From an uncultured Pseudomonadota bacterium (GTDB taxonomy: Bacteria; Pseudomonadota; Alphaproteobacteria; RF32; CAG-239), in assembly GCA_902763535.1 (NCBI GenBank), contig CACWSG010000009.1, positions 8,533 to 72,532 on the forward strand: a stretch of 64,000 nucleotides of DNA, written 5' to 3'. The translations under genes were made by a program, and so were the position numbers. Of the stretch, positions 62,973 to 64,000 are shown one piece after another; position 1 is the stretch's first letter, and each line of letters starts with the position of its first letter. The notes under the pieces are model-generated. The model was given only the letters and a program-made list of their open reading frames with translations. It had not been told where the DNA came from and ran no database searches.

Positions 62973-64000
62973 ATGATAGAAGGATTTACGAGGAAAGGAC
63001 TTTACTTTATTGCTTTAGGCGGAGCTGAAGAAGTCGGATATAATATGTTCGCCTATATTGTTGACGGCAAAATAATTGTGGTTGATGCCGGTTATGGTTT
63101 TTTGAAAGATGACTTTCCCGGAATGGAAATGGGTTTGGCAGATGTCTCATTTTTAGAAACCTATCGTGATGACATTGAAGCAATGTTTATAACTCATGGT
63201 CACGAGGATCATTATGGAGCTATCGGTCATATATGGGATAGATTTGATTGTCCGCTTTATGCTGCCGATTTTACGCTCGGACATATCAAAAATCGGCTTA
63301 AAGAATATCATATAAATGATTTTTCTCGTCTGCATTCCATCAATGATAATCCGCAAATAAAACTTAACAATTTCACAGTTGAATTTGTTCCTTTGGTTCA
63401 CTCTTGTCCGCAAAGTTGCGGTTTGTTAATTCACACGGTATATGGCACGGTTTTGCACGCAACCGATTGGCGTTTCGATGATGATAAAACCGCGATAAGC
63501 CATACGGATTATACCAAATTAAAAAGTGCAGCAGCTGAAGGAATAGATATATATGTCGGTGATTCTACCAATATGTCGTCCGATTATAACGAGCCCAGTG
63601 AGTATGAAATTCGTCAAAGTTTGCTTGAGTTGGTTCCGTCATTATCCAATACGGTAGTGGCAACTTGTTTTGCATCAAATATTGTGCGTCTGGAAAGTCT
63701 TATATTGGCAGCCTCTGCCGCCGGACGCACTCCGATTATATCCGGACACTCCCTCAACCAGAATTATCAAATAGCCAAAGATTGCGGCTATTTACAGGAT
63801 ACACCGCCGGCTTTTGATATTGCCAAGGCGCAAGATATCCCATCGGACAAAGCTCTTTATATTTGTGCCGGTTCGCAAGGGGATTATCGTTCGGCATTGA
63901 GCCGCATTGCCAACGGCGAAAGCAAAGATATAATTTTGAGCAAGGGCGATAACATTATTTTTTCTTCAAAAATTATTCCCGGAAATGAGGAAAAAATTGA
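62973..64000 (+). CDS. rnj: Ribonuclease J (3'-truncated by window edge)
   Basis: Own translation: ALGGAEEVGYNM, ITHGHEDHYGA, GDSTN, CFASNIVR, GSQG, SSKIIPGNE. Confidence 0.93.
   Translation, partial: MIEGFTRKGLYFIALGGAEEVGYNMFAYIVDGKIIVVDAGYGFLKDDFPGMEMGLADVSFLETYRDDIEAMFITHGHEDHYGAIGHIWDRFDCPLYAADFTLGHIKNRLKEYHINDFSRLHSINDNPQIKLNNFTVEFVPLVHSCPQSCGLLIHTVYGTVLHATDWRFDDDKTAISHTDYTKLKSAAAEGIDIYVGDSTNMSSDYNEPSEYEIRQSLLELVPSLSNTVVATCFASNIVRLESLILAASAAGRTPIISGHSLNQNYQIAKDCGYLQDTPPAFDIAKAQDIPSDKALYICAGSQGDYRSALSRIANGESKDIILSKGDNIIFSSKIIPGNEEKI

Overview
About 64 kb of an AT-rich bacterial chromosome. The gene content points to an alphaproteobacterium: a secB-Tim44-mltA-Smr cluster, fzlA, flaF, carD and nuoLMN-birA-rnj synteny. 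Lost pathway neighbours and several genes resembling Clostridia/Bacteroidota homologs suggest a streamlined gut lineage such as the uncultured RF32 group (inference). Most of the window is housekeeping: gltX, secB, mltA, rpe, phoB, tgt, murF, nrdR, nusB, def, ligA, infC, lpxK, waaA, lon, rnhB, carD, an RND pump, rplM, rpsI, birA, rnj, tRNA-Leu(CAA) and tRNA-Lys(UUU). No CRISPR array, integrase, transposase or reverse transcriptase was seen. Highlights: (1) a 5.4-kb accessory region between rpsI and tRNA-Lys containing a stand-alone serum amyloid A (SAA)-like protein followed by two small membrane proteins, a MORN-repeat protein, several tRNA 3'-end scars, a promoter with a poly-G spacer and structured non-coding elements; (2) an intact NuoL/M/N trio with no nuoA-K upstream that has lost most proton-pumping residues; (3) a membrane-anchored orphan with 23 Bacteroidota-type D-[ST]-hydrophobic O-glycosylation sequons; (4) a tight tgt-LOG-SpmAB cluster; (5) an orphan PilT-like ATPase and orphan flagellar genes. 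All calls come from reading motifs by eye; no database search was run.
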